Of a stretch of 64,000 bases of DNA, positions 29,169-40,370 are shown one piece after another; within the stretch, counting starts at the first letter, position 1, and each line of letters begins with the position of its first letter. The notes beneath the pieces are model-generated. The model was not told the DNA's origin. It was given only the letters and a program-made list of their open reading frames with translations, and made no database searches. The position numbers were made by a program, and so were the translations under genes. The stretch comes from Thermodesulfobacteriota bacterium (lineage in GTDB: Bacteria; Desulfobacterota_D; UBA1144; Nemesobacterales; Nemesobacteraceae): the NCBI GenBank assembly GCA_965202785.1, contig OZ241855.1, positions 224,001 to 288,000 on the forward strand. The letters run 5' to 3'.

Positions 29169-30954
29169 ATTCACAATAGCCTCCTCCCTAATTGTGCTGC
29201 TTTTTCTCGTATTCTCGGCGAGGTTGTTTTACCTCCAGATATACAAGGGCGAGGAATACAGAAATTTTTCGGAAAGAAATATCCTGAGGGCACTTGAACT
29301 TCCTGCGCCCAGAGGACGCATTTTCGATAGAAACGGCGAAAAAATCCTCTATAACAAACCGTCTTTTAACATACGAATATTTCCAAGAGAAATAACAGAT
29401 GTCGAGGAGCTCGCAGAAAATCTTGCGGGGATAATAAACGTTCCAGAGAAAGAACTTCTGAAAAGACTTCGGGAAATAGCAAACCTCAAAAGTTTCTATC
29501 CCGTTACAATCGCCAAAGACATAAGCAGGGAAGAGCTTCTTCTGGTCGAAAAAAGCAAGGAAGCGCTAGAGGGCATATTTCTTGAAGTGGGGCACAAGAG
29601 ATTCTATCCACATGGAGAGGCAGCCGCCGTGCTTCTTGGATACACGGGAATCGCTGACGCAGAAGAGGTAAGAGCCTACAGTCGGATCAAGGCGGGAAAC
29701 GAACTCGGGAAAATGGGTGTTGAAAAGGTCTTTGACAGCGAACTCAGAGGAACAAACGGTCTTGAATACGTCATGGTAAACGCGCACGGAGAGATAATCT
29801 CAGACTCTGCTGCCGCACTATTGCCAACCCGCAAGAGCAGGGAAATGGTTCAGGGAAAAGATATACACCTCACCATTGACGCGCAGCTACAGAAGGTCGC
29901 CTATGACGCTTTGGGCAAAGAGAAAGGGGCCATAGTGGCAATGGACGTAAAAAGCGGAGAAATTCTGGCAATGGTAAGTCGTCCATCCTATCGTCCTGAG
30001 CACATATCCAAGGAACTTTCTCCTGACCAAAAAAGAAAAACAAAAAAGAAAAAATCCTTTTCCCTTCTAAACCGCTCAACCCAAGGAACCTATCCGCCCG
30101 GATCAGTACTCAAAATAATCACGGCCTTTGCGCTGCTAGAGGAAAAAACTGCTGATCCGAAGTTGTCCGTAAACTGCCCGGGTTATTATTTGATAAACAA
30201 CAAACGTTTTAACTGCTGGCGGGACGAAGGCCATGGGCATATAAACCTCCACAGGGCGATTGTCGAATCATGTGACGTATATTTCTACAAACTTTCCCAG
30301 AAGCTTGGTGTTGACGGCCTCTACCCCTACCTGAAGAAATTCGGACTTGGAGAAAGAACCGGCATAGCACTGCCCGAGAAACGGGGAGTGAACCCATCCA
30401 AGACATGGAAAAGAAAGCACCTAAAAGAACCTTGGTACCCGGGTGAAACTGCAATTCTGGCAATAGGCCAAGGATACGTTACCGCAACTCCTCTTCAGAT
30501 AAGTGTTATGACCTCAGCCATAGCAAACGGAGGCATTATAGTCAAACCCAAGATAAGAAAAATAGATGAAAAGAAACCATCTCGCATAACCGGGGCGGTT
30601 CAGCGCCTTGACGCAAAGTCAGTATCTTTTCTCAAAAAAGCACTTTACGGCGCCGTAAACGAACACCGAGGTACCGGGATTTACGCAAGATCAAAGATCA
30701 CGTCCGTCTCGGGCAAGACGGGTACGGCTCAGGTTGTCTCGGCAAAATTTGAATCGACAAAAAAACGGTTCAAAGACCACGCCTGGTTTACATCCTACGC
30801 ACCGTCGGATTCGGGGGAGATATCCGTAACCGTCCTCGTTGAAAACGGAGGAAGCGGAAGTGTGGTCGCAGCCCCGATAGCAAAAGAAATCATCGAAACC
30901 TATTTCAGACTCAAGAAGGAACGAGATGAAGCTCGAATTGCCAAATCTGAGTAG
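29149..30954 (+). CDS. mrdA: Penicillin-binding protein 2
   Basis: PRGRIFDRNG, SVLK (SxxK), SCD, KTG, DHAWF. Confidence 0.94.
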   Translation: MGFLKHRFTIASSLIVLLFLVFSARLFYLQIYKGEEYRNFSERNILRALELPAPRGRIFDRNGEKILYNKPSFNIRIFPREITDVEELAENLAGIINVPEKELLKRLREIANLKSFYPVTIAKDISREELLLVEKSKEALEGIFLEVGHKRFYPHGEAAAVLLGYTGIADAEEVRAYSRIKAGNELGKMGVEKVFDSELRGTNGLEYVMVNAHGEIISDSAAALLPTRKSREMVQGKDIHLTIDAQLQKVAYDALGKEKGAIVAMDVKSGEILAMVSRPSYRPEHISKELSPDQKRKTKKKKSFSLLNRSTQGTYPPGSVLKIITAFALLEEKTADPKLSVNCPGYYLINNKRFNCWRDEGHGHINLHRAIVESCDVYFYKLSQKLGVDGLYPYLKKFGLGERTGIALPEKRGVNPSKTWKRKHLKEPWYPGETAILAIGQGYVTATPLQISVMTSAIANGGIIVKPKIRKIDEKKPSRITGAVQRLDAKSVSFLKKALYGAVNEHRGTGIYARSKITSVSGKTGTAQVVSAKFESTKKRFKDHAWFTSYAPSDSGEISVTVLVENGGSGSVVAAPIAKEIIETYFRLKKERDEARIAKSE

Positions 30955-32008
30955 ATCCTCCTGGCTGTTTCTGCTGACCGCTTTGCTTTGCTTAGCGGGA
31001 CTCATCAATCTCTACAGCATATCTTTGTTGGCTGACTTGGGTGCATTCAAGAAACAACTCATATGGGTTCTCGCGGGACTTTTGACTGTAGGGACTATTA
31101 GTCGCTTAAGACCCGTTACGCTGAAAAATCACTCGGTTACCTTCTACCTGTTTTTCCTCGCGTTACTGGCGTTGATTTTCGTATTCGGGAAAACGGTATC
31201 GGGATCCAAGAGTTGGTTCCAGATAGGTCCGGTCTCCGTCCAGCCATCCGAATTTATTAAAATCGGCATAATAATGGCGCTTGCTAATTACTACGCAAAC
31301 GAGGTGGCTGCGAAGAAAAATTACAATTTGTGGGAACTCCTCAAGCCTTTAGCTCTTCTGCTTATTCCTACCGCAGCAGTCATTGCCCAGCCCGACATGG
31401 GAACCGCGATCACCATTCTTCTCACAGGTTCAAGCATCATCTTGTTTATGGGAATCAGCAGAAAAGCACTGCTTAAAATAATAATAATAGCACTGATATC
31501 CATCTTGCCGGCCTGGCATCTTCTGATCAAAGACTATCAGAAGGAAAGAATATATTCCTTCATGGATACCTCCTCTGATCCTTTCGGTATAAGCTACAAC
31601 TCGATTCAGTCCCAGATTGCGATAGGTTCCGGCATGGGTTACGGAAAAGGCTTTTCTCTGGGTTCGCAGTCTAACCTGAATTTTCTTCCCGCACACCATA
31701 CGGATTTCGCATTTTCTGTGATTTCCGAGGAATGGGGATTTCGGGGTTCAGTGTTTATCCTTCTTCTATATTTCTCCATAATCCTTTTTATCCTCAATAT
31801 AGCAACATCCCTAGAAGATCGTTTCTCGACGATCGCATGCTTTGGAATTGCGGCCATGTTCTTCTGGCACGCCGTGATAAATATCGCTATGGTAACGGGA
31901 CTTATGCCGATTATCGGCACTCCTCTTTTCTTCATCAGTTACGGCGGTTCGTCAACCCTTACGGCCTTTATCGGAATCGGTATAGTTCTCTGCCTGAGAA
32001 GGAAATAA
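30926..32008 (+). CDS. rodA: SEDS glycosyltransferase RodA
   Basis: QPSEFIK, QPDMGT, HTDFAF, SYGGSS. Confidence 0.94.
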   Translation: MKLELPNLSRSSWLFLLTALLCLAGLINLYSISLLADLGAFKKQLIWVLAGLLTVGTISRLRPVTLKNHSVTFYLFFLALLALIFVFGKTVSGSKSWFQIGPVSVQPSEFIKIGIIMALANYYANEVAAKKNYNLWELLKPLALLLIPTAAVIAQPDMGTAITILLTGSSIILFMGISRKALLKIIIIALISILPAWHLLIKDYQKERIYSFMDTSSDPFGISYNSIQSQIAIGSGMGYGKGFSLGSQSNLNFLPAHHTDFAFSVISEEWGFRGSVFILLLYFSIILFILNIATSLEDRFSTIACFGIAAMFFWHAVINIAMVTGLMPIIGTPLFFISYGGSSTLTAFIGIGIVLCLRRK

Positions 32009-32177
32009 ACTGGGTCCAAAACACCGGACAAGCCCTAGTGAAACCAGGTTCTTGACAGAGAATTAACATCAGATACAATCTACGCCGATTTGAGACAAGA
32101 GAAGAGAAAAAACTTTTTAACATCTTAAGCCCTCAAACGCTTTTCATTAAAAAAACCGCCAGAAAACGGCTCCTTTC

Positions 32178-32996
32178 ATGCGGAGGTTCTTCATTTTTCT
32201 CAGTGTTATGTGTATCTCAAGCACGGTTCCGGCTCTATTCGCATCAGATGTTCGCGCACTTTCTAACGTAAATGACGTAGAAGAAATAGGTTTTGACGAA
32301 AAACTTGCGTCTTCCATAGATCTCGACACTGAATTTCGCGGAGAAAGCGGTGAAGCGGTAAGTATTTCCTCTTTTTTCGGGCAAAAAAAGCCGGTGGTAC
32401 TGAGTCTCGCATACTTCACATGCCCAAGGCTCTGCATTCTCGGGACAGACGGAGTTCTGGAAGTCATAAACCAGCTAGATTCCTTCAGGCCGGGCAAGGA
32501 CTACACCGTGGTGACCGTAAGCTTTGACCCGGAGGAACCCCTTGATGTTATCGGCGAGAAATCCGCAAGATACAAAAAAGCGCTTGCGGGCGGGGTTGAG
32601 GAAGCCAAAGAGTGGTACTTTCTAACGGCAACAGCGGAAAACATACTCAGGCTTACCGATTCAGTGGGATTCCGTTTCAAAAAAGACGGCGAGGAGTTCG
32701 CTCATCCTTCGGGAATAGTCATACTCACGCCGGATGGGACAATCTCGCGATACCTCTACGGAGTTCAGTATGATCCCCGTAACTTCAAATTATCTCTAAT
32801 AGAGGCTTCTGAGGGAAAAATAGGTTCCTCGGAACTTCTTAATAAAGTGCTTATGTTCTGTTATCAGTTTGACCCTGTGGGGAAAAGATATGCGCTTGCC
32901 GCTCTTAACGTCGTCAAGGCGGGAGGAGTGGTAACCCTTACGGTTCTCGTAGCGTTTCTCTGTCTGATGTGGAGAAGAGAAAGAAAAACCCATTAA
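32178..32996 (+). CDS. SCO-family copper chaperone
   Basis: CPRLC motif and conserved His (AHPSG); heads the oxidase operon. Confidence 0.88.
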   Translation: MRRFFIFLSVMCISSTVPALFASDVRALSNVNDVEEIGFDEKLASSIDLDTEFRGESGEAVSISSFFGQKKPVVLSLAYFTCPRLCILGTDGVLEVINQLDSFRPGKDYTVVTVSFDPEEPLDVIGEKSARYKKALAGGVEEAKEWYFLTATAENILRLTDSVGFRFKKDGEEFAHPSGIVILTPDGTISRYLYGVQYDPRNFKLSLIEASEGKIGSSELLNKVLMFCYQFDPVGKRYALAALNVVKAGGVVTLTVLVAFLCLMWRRERKTH

Positions 32997-33021
32997 CTAT
33001 TGCGGAGGTTGTAAATCATAA

Positions 33022-33969
33022 ATGTCCACCTGGATACCGGAATCAGCTTCAAATCTCGCAGCAAGCGTTGATAACATAACCCTGTTCGTAACAATCGTAT
33101 CAGTATTTTTCTTCGTCCTGATTTCGGCCGTACTCGTAGGCTTCTCAATCAAGTACAGGCGGAAAAGCGAGGATCAGGAAACCGCTTACATAACTCACAA
33201 CCCGATCATCGAAACCATCTGGACCATAATCCCGACCATACTGCTTATGGTCATCTTCGCATGGGGATGGATAGCTTTCAAGGAGCTTCGCAACCCGCCC
33301 GCAGAAGCAATCGAAGTTAACGTCGTGGCAAAGCAGTGGCTTTGGGAATTTGAGTATTTCACCGGGAAAAAGTCGCTTAACGAACTGTTCGTTCAGCAGA
33401 ACAAGCCCGTAAGGCTCATAATGAGGTCAGAGGACGTTATTCACAGCTTCTTCGTTCCGCAGTTCCGGGTAAAGCAGGATATTCTCCCGGGCAGCTACCA
33501 GCAGCTCTGGTTCACTCCAACCAAGGTAGGAACTTTTGACCTTCTGTGCGCGGAATACTGCGGTTCCGGGCACTCCCAAATGCTCGCCACGGTAAAGGTC
33601 CTGAGTCCGGAGGCATTCGCGAGATGGGAAAAAGGAGACGAACTTGAAGACGGAGCCGCCCTAGCGGCAATCAGTGTATCCCCGGCGGAGAGAGGAAAAG
33701 AACTGCATTCCCAGAGGGGCTGCCTTGCATGCCACAGCATAGACGGCAAGGAAGTCATAGGGCCGACTTTCAAAAATCTTTACGGGAAAACGGAGAGTCT
33801 TGCAGACGGTTCCTCGGTCCTTGTGGACGAGAACTATATCAGGGAATCAATTTATGAACCCCAGGCAAAAATGGTGGAGGGCTACCCGCCGACGATGCCC
33901 TCGTTCAAAGGTATATTATCCGAGGAAGAAGTAACCGCTCTTATCGAGTATATAAAGACGTTGAAGTAG
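33022..33969 (+). CDS. coxB: Cytochrome c oxidase subunit II with fused cytochrome c (caa3)
   Basis: DVIHSF, CuA motif CAEYCGSGHSQM, C-terminal CLACH. Confidence 0.95.
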   Translation: MSTWIPESASNLAASVDNITLFVTIVSVFFFVLISAVLVGFSIKYRRKSEDQETAYITHNPIIETIWTIIPTILLMVIFAWGWIAFKELRNPPAEAIEVNVVAKQWLWEFEYFTGKKSLNELFVQQNKPVRLIMRSEDVIHSFFVPQFRVKQDILPGSYQQLWFTPTKVGTFDLLCAEYCGSGHSQMLATVKVLSPEAFARWEKGDELEDGAALAAISVSPAERGKELHSQRGCLACHSIDGKEVIGPTFKNLYGKTESLADGSSVLVDENYIRESIYEPQAKMVEGYPPTMPSFKGILSEEEVTALIEYIKTLK

Positions 33970-33988
33970 CAATATCAAGGAGAAAAAG

Positions 33989-35593
33989 ATGGCAAACGGA
34001 GTCATGACGCAGACCCAGCATATACCGTATTTAGCCCAGAAAGGGTTAAAGTCGTGGATTTTGACGACGGATCACAAACGCATCGGGATCCTTTATCTCG
34101 TTACGATCTCGTTTTTCTTCATGATCGCCGGCCTGGCGGCTCTGGGAATGAGGTACGAGCTTATGACTCCCGAGCTTGACTTCTTCAGAACCGCAACGGA
34201 GTACAACGTAGCGTTTACGCTTCACGGTTCCCTGATGGTTTTCTTCTTCATCGTCCCGGGAATCGCGGCAAGTTTCGGCAATTTCCTTATACCGCTTATG
34301 ATCGGGGCCAGAGACGTGGCGTTTCCCAGAATCAACCTGCTGAGTTTCTGGATATATCTTGTCGGGACGGCAATACTGCTTACAGCGCTCGCACAGCCAG
34401 CTGACACGGGCTGGACGTTCTACACTCCCTACAGCATTCAGACGGGCACCAAGGTAATAATGATAACCTTGGGAGTCTTCGTCCTCGGATTCTCATCGAT
34501 TCTCACCGGAATGAACTTCATAGTGACTATCCACAAGCTTCGGGCACCTGGGATGACGTGGTCAAGACTGCCGCTTTTCATATGGGCGTCCTACGCGACC
34601 GCGATACTGCAGCTGCTAGCGACGCCGGTTGTGGGGATCACGCTTCTTCTGCTGATAGCGGAGAGAGCGTTTGACATAGGCTTTTTTGATCCGGCCAAGG
34701 GAGGGGATCCCATACTCTTCCAGAACTTTTTCTGGTTCTACTCCCATCCCGCCGTCTACATAATGGTTATCCCCGCCTTCGGGATTATCTCCGAGATAAT
34801 CCCGGTCTTCGCAAGAAAACCCATCTTCGGATACAAGGCGATCGCTTATTCAAGCTTCGCGATAGCCATAATAAGCTTCTTCGTCTGGCTGCACCACATG
34901 TTCGTAAGCGGGATATCGGAAACGGCGGCGGCGATATTCTCATTTCTGACCATGCTTGTCGCCATCCCGACGGCTGTAAAGGTGTTTAACTGGACCGCAA
35001 CTCTGTACAAGGGATCAATAGACTTTCACTCATCCATGTTATACGCGCTGTCATTCATAGTGCTCTTCACGGTCGGAGGGCTGACCGGTGTTTATCTGGG
35101 AGCCCTGGCCGTTGACGTGCATCTGCACGACACGTACTTCATAGTGGCTCACATGCACTATGTCATGATAGGTGGAACAGTGATGGGATTTTTCGGGGCC
35201 CTTCATTTCTGGTATCAGAAATGGTTCGGAAAGGTATTCAATGAACTGATCGCAAAAGTTGCGTGGTTCCTGATTTTCGTAGGATTCAACGTAACGTTTT
35301 TCCCGCAGTTTTTCATGGGCTTCCAGGGAATGCCCAGAAGGTATGCGACCTATCCCGAAGAGTACATATCCTATCATGCCCTTTCGACCTACGGATCGTG
35401 GATACTAGGGCTCGGAATTTTAATAATGACCGTGAACCTGCTTATACCGCTGTGGAAAAAAGGTCGGCCTGAATCGTCAAACCCCTACGGCTCACTCTCT
35501 CTTGAGTGGCAGGTTCCTTCCCCGCCGCCACATGAGAATTTTGACGAAATACCGACTGTAACTGACTGGACTTACGCTTACGGGAAAAAATAG
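33989..35593 (+). CDS. coxA: Cytochrome c oxidase subunit I, A2-type
   Basis: DHKRIG, GWTFY, YSHPAVY (A2 signature), WLHH, AHMHYV, GMPRR. Confidence 0.96.
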   Translation: MANGVMTQTQHIPYLAQKGLKSWILTTDHKRIGILYLVTISFFFMIAGLAALGMRYELMTPELDFFRTATEYNVAFTLHGSLMVFFFIVPGIAASFGNFLIPLMIGARDVAFPRINLLSFWIYLVGTAILLTALAQPADTGWTFYTPYSIQTGTKVIMITLGVFVLGFSSILTGMNFIVTIHKLRAPGMTWSRLPLFIWASYATAILQLLATPVVGITLLLLIAERAFDIGFFDPAKGGDPILFQNFFWFYSHPAVYIMVIPAFGIISEIIPVFARKPIFGYKAIAYSSFAIAIISFFVWLHHMFVSGISETAAAIFSFLTMLVAIPTAVKVFNWTATLYKGSIDFHSSMLYALSFIVLFTVGGLTGVYLGALAVDVHLHDTYFIVAHMHYVMIGGTVMGFFGALHFWYQKWFGKVFNELIAKVAWFLIFVGFNVTFFPQFFMGFQGMPRRYATYPEEYISYHALSTYGSWILGLGILIMTVNLLIPLWKKGRPESSNPYGSLSLEWQVPSPPPHENFDEIPTVTDWTYAYGKK

Positions 35594-35614
35594 ATCGGAG
35601 GCTAACGTAAAAAA

Positions 35615-36232
35615 ATGAGCAGCACAGCAGAACACGCCGAAAGCCACGCGCACGGACACGGTCTCGGAGAAACCGTAACGCACAACGCGGCAAAATTCGG
35701 GATGTGGCTTTTCCTCGGAACGGAAATTCTTCTTTTCGGGGGACTCTTCGCGGCGTACGCGCTTTTCAGGGCCAAGTACCCGGATCTTTTCTACGAATCG
35801 CACAAGAAACTGGACGTGACTCTGGGCGCCATAAACACCATAGTGCTAATCTTCAGCAGTTTCACGATGGCTCTTGCGGTGTCGGCCTCGCAGAAAAGAA
35901 ACAGGAAATGGCTGATAATACTGCTTTCCGTAACTTTCATATGCGGAGCGGCTTTCGGGGTAAACAAGTACTTTGAGTACAGTGCGAAGTTTCACCATCA
36001 TATATTTCCTGAAACGAACATATTCTTCGCCCTTTACTTCATGATGACCGGACTTCACATGCTCCACGTGTTTGTGGGAATGGGCATAATTTTCGCCCTG
36101 ATAATAATGGCCAAGCAGGGAAGATTCAAAGAAGGAAACAGATACACCCCGGTTGAGGTCGGAGGGCTTTACTGGCATTTGGTTGACCTGATCTGGATAT
36201 ATTTGTTCCCGCTATTGTATCTAATCGGGTAA
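35615..36232 (+). CDS. coxC: Cytochrome c oxidase subunit III
   Basis: GMWLFLGTE, TGLHMLHV, YWHLVD. Confidence 0.94.
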   Translation: MSSTAEHAESHAHGHGLGETVTHNAAKFGMWLFLGTEILLFGGLFAAYALFRAKYPDLFYESHKKLDVTLGAINTIVLIFSSFTMALAVSASQKRNRKWLIILLSVTFICGAAFGVNKYFEYSAKFHHHIFPETNIFFALYFMMTGLHMLHVFVGMGIIFALIIMAKQGRFKEGNRYTPVEVGGLYWHLVDLIWIYLFPLLYLIG

Positions 36233-36245
36233 ACGGAGAAAGAAA

Positions 36246-36554
36246 ATGAGCACACACGATCACACTGAGGAACATCATACCGGTCTTCGGGTATACACCG
36301 CCGTATGTCTTGCGCTGTTCGTCCTGACGGCAGTTACGGTTTACGTAGCGAAGTTCGATTTCGGCGACTTCAATATCGTCGTAGCAATGTTAATAGCGTC
36401 GATAAAAGCATCGATCGTCGCCCTTTATTTCATGCATCTTAAATTTGAAGACAAGCTCACGTGGATATACGCCCTATATCCTCTTTTCCTGCTCTTCCTT
36501 CTCATCGGTTTCACCTTAATGGAAACCTTCACGAGGGTGCCGGTAATAAAGTAG
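36246..36554 (+). CDS. Cytochrome c oxidase subunit IV
   Basis: KASIVALYFMHLKFE; operon position. Confidence 0.88.
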   Translation: MSTHDHTEEHHTGLRVYTAVCLALFVLTAVTVYVAKFDFGDFNIVVAMLIASIKASIVALYFMHLKFEDKLTWIYALYPLFLLFLLIGFTLMETFTRVPVIK

Positions 36555-36570
36555 CCGTACAAAAACAGGG

Positions 36571-37440
36571 ATGCTTGCAAAAACTGCTCTAGGGCTTCTG
36601 TTCATACTTCTTATATGGGGAAACGCGGTATCGGGACTAAAGGCCGGACTCGCCTGTCCCGACTGGCCGCTTTGCCACGGGGAGATCATTCCGCCTTTCA
36701 GGTGGGATATATACGTCGAATTCTCCCACCGCGTAGTAGGCGGCATAACGTCCATAGTGCTTTTCATCCTCTGTTACAGAAGATTCCGCACGTACAGAAA
36801 AAATTACAGGATACTTCCGCTGCTCGTAGTCCTGCTTCTTCTGTTTCAGATAGTGCTTGGGGGAATCGTGGTTCTCACTAAACTCCCCGTGGACCTGACT
36901 ACGATCCATTTCACAAACGCCATCATAATCTTTTCAATTACCCTTTATATGGTGTATTTCGACGGCGTCATTAGAAAGCCCGATTTCCGTTTCTCGGGTC
37001 CAGCAGGGCTTTTTTTCGCGCTTTTTCTGCTCGTGTTCATACAGGCTTCTCTGGGAGCTTACGTAAGGCATCTTGGAGCAGGGCTTGCATGCCCTGATTT
37101 TCCCACGTGTCTAGGCTACTGGATTCCGCCCGAGCTCTCGGGCAAGGTGCTGGCGCACTTCACGCACAGAGCGGTCGCTTACCTGCTCACAGTGATATTT
37201 ATCTTCGTGCTGATTCTCTCCAGAAAATCCGAAAGGCTCAAGGAAGCCCGAAAAAACATGTCTCGCGCAGTTGCCCTGCTTTTCCTTCAGATCGGACTTG
37301 GAATCGTGGTCGTAACCTCAAAACTTGTCTTTTACGTCACCGCCGTTCATCTCGCAATCGGTCTTCTGATACTTTCCCTCTGCCTTCTCACCTGGTTCGG
37401 GTATATAAGTAAAGACACCGCAGCCGAAAGAACTTTTTAG
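36571..37440 (+). CDS. ctaA: Haem A synthase
   Basis: GLACPDWPLC, EFSHR, second GLACPDFPTC, HFTHR. Confidence 0.9.
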   Translation: MLAKTALGLLFILLIWGNAVSGLKAGLACPDWPLCHGEIIPPFRWDIYVEFSHRVVGGITSIVLFILCYRRFRTYRKNYRILPLLVVLLLLFQIVLGGIVVLTKLPVDLTTIHFTNAIIIFSITLYMVYFDGVIRKPDFRFSGPAGLFFALFLLVFIQASLGAYVRHLGAGLACPDFPTCLGYWIPPELSGKVLAHFTHRAVAYLLTVIFIFVLILSRKSERLKEARKNMSRAVALLFLQIGLGIVVVTSKLVFYVTAVHLAIGLLILSLCLLTWFGYISKDTAAERTF

Positions 37441-37442
37441 CA

Positions 37443-38363
37443 ATGAGCGAAGCGCAGAAAAAATCCATGGGAAACATGGCGGTTTCCGCCGTTATCCTCT
37501 CCAAGCCCGGAATAATAATGAGCGTGGCGTTTACGGGTCTTGCGGGAATGGTGGTGGCCAACCGGGCCTTCCCCTCCCTACAGACGGTTTTTCTATGCGT
37601 TGTCTCTCTTCTTCTTAGCGCCGGCGGAGCGGCAATTCTGAATAACCTGCTCGACAAGAAAATTGACAAGCAGATGACCCGTCTTAACAAAAGGGTGGAA
37701 GCCCTGAAAGTCCTTGGAGACCAAAACGCGTGGATAATCTCGATACTCATGATGGCCGTGGCTCTCTTGATCTCGCTTTCTTACTTCAACTATGTAAACG
37801 CGGCGCTTATTCTCCTCGCGATTCTAAGCTACACCCTTATTTACACCCTTTTTCTTAAAAGAACTTCCCCTTTCGGCACCGTGCTCGGGGGAATACCGGG
37901 CGCCCTTCCCGTCCTTATAGGCTACACCGCCATAAAACCCGTTCTGCAGCTCGACGCAATGATAGTATTCATATTCATGATGCTCTGGCAGCCTCCCCAC
38001 TTCTGGGTGCTCGCGCAGAAATACAGAAAGGATTATGAAAAAGCCGGGATAAACGTTCTTCCCGTCGCCCTGGGCACGAAGTACACCAACATGCTGATAC
38101 TTATCTACTCCCTCTCCCTGATACCCCTGACTTTCATCCTCTGGCTCACGGGAACAAACACCGTCTATTTTGCGGCTTTCGCCGCAGTATCCGGAATATA
38201 CTTTAATTACCTGGTGGTGAGGAGCGTTTTCGCCAACCGCGGTTACGGAAAGGCTTTCTCGGCTTCAATCATCTACATGCTTCTCATAATGCTCGGCATA
38301 GTGATCGACATACTGGTTAAGTCGCTCTCCCCGGTGGAAAGGGTTATCGGAAACCTTATGTAG
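37443..38363 (+). CDS. ctaB: Protohaem IX farnesyltransferase
   Basis: KPGI, DKKIDKQMTR, GALP, WQPPHFW. Confidence 0.93.
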   Translation: MSEAQKKSMGNMAVSAVILSKPGIIMSVAFTGLAGMVVANRAFPSLQTVFLCVVSLLLSAGGAAILNNLLDKKIDKQMTRLNKRVEALKVLGDQNAWIISILMMAVALLISLSYFNYVNAALILLAILSYTLIYTLFLKRTSPFGTVLGGIPGALPVLIGYTAIKPVLQLDAMIVFIFMMLWQPPHFWVLAQKYRKDYEKAGINVLPVALGTKYTNMLILIYSLSLIPLTFILWLTGTNTVYFAAFAAVSGIYFNYLVVRSVFANRGYGKAFSASIIYMLLIMLGIVIDILVKSLSPVERVIGNLM

Positions 38364-40143
38364 CAACCGACGGGAGAAGTTCCTTGAGCTCCTCAAGCGG
38401 CCGTGAGAGGGTAAGAATCGCCTCTTTCCAGAAATCCTTGCTTGTTATATCGTCCCCTATGGATCTCTTAACGGCCCCCTCGGCGTCATCCGAACCAGTG
38501 AGAGCGAGAAACTCTTCGTAAACGGGAATAAACTCCTCACCGTGCTGTCTGAATTTCTCGAAAAGAGCCCTGCTCAGCAGGTAACCGAAAGTGTAGGGGA
38601 AATTATAGAAACTGACGCCCGTTATGTAGAAATGAAGCTTTGAAGCCCAGAAAAACGGGTCGCATTCCAAAAGCACGTCCCCGAAAATCTCCTTCTGGGT
38701 CTCAGTCATAAGTTCTTTCAGCTCGCTCACGGTCAGTTCCCCTTCGGCACGCCTTTCGTAAAGCTTCCTTTCAAACTCATACCTGACAGGGATATCCAGA
38801 AGATATATGGCCCCATGGTTTACCTCCGCATCCCTCACAAGCACCTTGTCCTCAACGCTGGTTGAAGGGTCCCTCAGGAGTCCCTCGGCAAGCAGCATTT
38901 CCCCGAAAGTTGAAGCGGTTTCGGCAAGCGTCATAGGATAGAACTGAGCGTAGGGGCGAAGGTCTCTCATCACGTGAGAGTGGAAGGCGTGGCCCGCCTC
39001 GTGAGCAAGGGTAAGTATGTCGCCTACCCCGCCGTTATAAGTCATGAATATCCTTGACTCTCCGGTGAGAAGAGAACCCGTGCAGAAACCTCCGGGTCTT
39101 TTTCCTTCTCTTATCTCCCAGTCTATCCATTCGCTCCGGCATACATGGTCAAAAAACCCGCCGAGGCGCGAATAAGCCGTGGAAAAGGAATCGGAAACCA
39201 TGGATTTCGCTCCGTTCCAGTCAACCCGGCCGGTTGTCCCAAGATTCATAGGAGCACCCAGATCGTACCACGACACTCCCTCAAGGCCCATCGTCTCGGC
39301 CTTGAGCCTCAGGACGCTTCTTGGAAGTTCGACCGTCTCCCGTATTGCCTCCATCATGGAATCTAGGGTCTGTCTGGAAATTGCAGCGTCAAAAAGCGCT
39401 ACATTGAGAAAATGATCAATCTCCCTGTGCCTGTAAAGCGTATGCCTGGTTCCCGATATGGCGTTTATGGCGCCGGCAGCCACATCTTCAAGACCTTCCC
39501 AGGCCGCGTTGCCGCCGGAAAAAGCCGCTTTTCTTATCTCCCTGTCAGGACTTTCCATGAGCGACCTTCTCTGGGACATGGGGAGCCTTTTTTTCGTCCC
39601 GTCGGGGTAAACCATTTCAAACGTCATCTTGGAGGACACGGTATCGTAGATCCGCCCCCAGGCGCTTATCCCGTCAACTCCCAGTTCAGAAGCCAGAATT
39701 TCCTTCGGAGCGGACATGGTGAACCGGGAATTTCGCCAAACGCGCCTTACGTAGTAGGAAGCCGACTCGATATCCGGGAAAGAGACGAACTCGGAAAGCA
39801 GATCTTCGTCGGCATCCCGAAGCGCTCTTTGCAGTTGAACCTCAAGCTTCTCGAGATCCGAACCGAGGAGGGAAATCGCCGCCTCCTCGCGCAGATAATC
39901 CTCCCTGTTGGAATCTGAAGCGCTGAGACATCCCACGTAGGAACGGATATGGGAATACCGGCTTATGAGCTTCTCGGTTTCTAGGAAAACATCTTTCCAG
40001 AACGCAAGGTTCTCTCCGCAAAGAGGTTCAGAAGCCGAAGCCTTCTCGTCGAGATTCTTTATGCCTCCCGAGAGATTTTCTTTGAACTCTTTATATTCAG
40101 CTCCCTGAAATTCGGGGAAATAAGAAGTAAGGTCCCAGTTCAT
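38356..40143 (-). CDS. M3B oligoendopeptidase F family peptidase
   Basis: WDL start, KRPGGFC, LAHEAGHAFH, AETAS, FYNFPYTFG. Confidence 0.92.
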   Translation of the reverse strand: MNWDLTSYFPEFQGAEYKEFKENLSGGIKNLDEKASASEPLCGENLAFWKDVFLETEKLISRYSHIRSYVGCLSASDSNREDYLREEAAISLLGSDLEKLEVQLQRALRDADEDLLSEFVSFPDIESASYYVRRVWRNSRFTMSAPKEILASELGVDGISAWGRIYDTVSSKMTFEMVYPDGTKKRLPMSQRRSLMESPDREIRKAAFSGGNAAWEGLEDVAAGAINAISGTRHTLYRHREIDHFLNVALFDAAISRQTLDSMMEAIRETVELPRSVLRLKAETMGLEGVSWYDLGAPMNLGTTGRVDWNGAKSMVSDSFSTAYSRLGGFFDHVCRSEWIDWEIREGKRPGGFCTGSLLTGESRIFMTYNGGVGDILTLAHEAGHAFHSHVMRDLRPYAQFYPMTLAETASTFGEMLLAEGLLRDPSTSVEDKVLVRDAEVNHGAIYLLDIPVRYEFERKLYERRAEGELTVSELKELMTETQKEIFGDVLLECDPFFWASKLHFYITGVSFYNFPYTFGYLLSRALFEKFRQHGEEFIPVYEEFLALTGSDDAEGAVKRSIGDDITSKDFWKEAILTLSRPLEELKELLPSVAT

Positions 40144-40370
40144 ATCGGTATTTTTGCTCTACATCAACAGCGGTAAGCTTCCAGATGTAATCGCTCCTTA
40201 AGGCCAAGAATAATACAACAGAATTTGCTAATTGAAATAAGCCGGGTTTCCACAGAGAGCATTTTGGAACACACCATCTTAGTCTCCACGGGAAAGTAAT
40301 ATTTGACATTACCACAGGCGTAAAACTTTTACGTTCTTGACTCTTCTCTTTCTTCCCTTGTTAAAGTAAA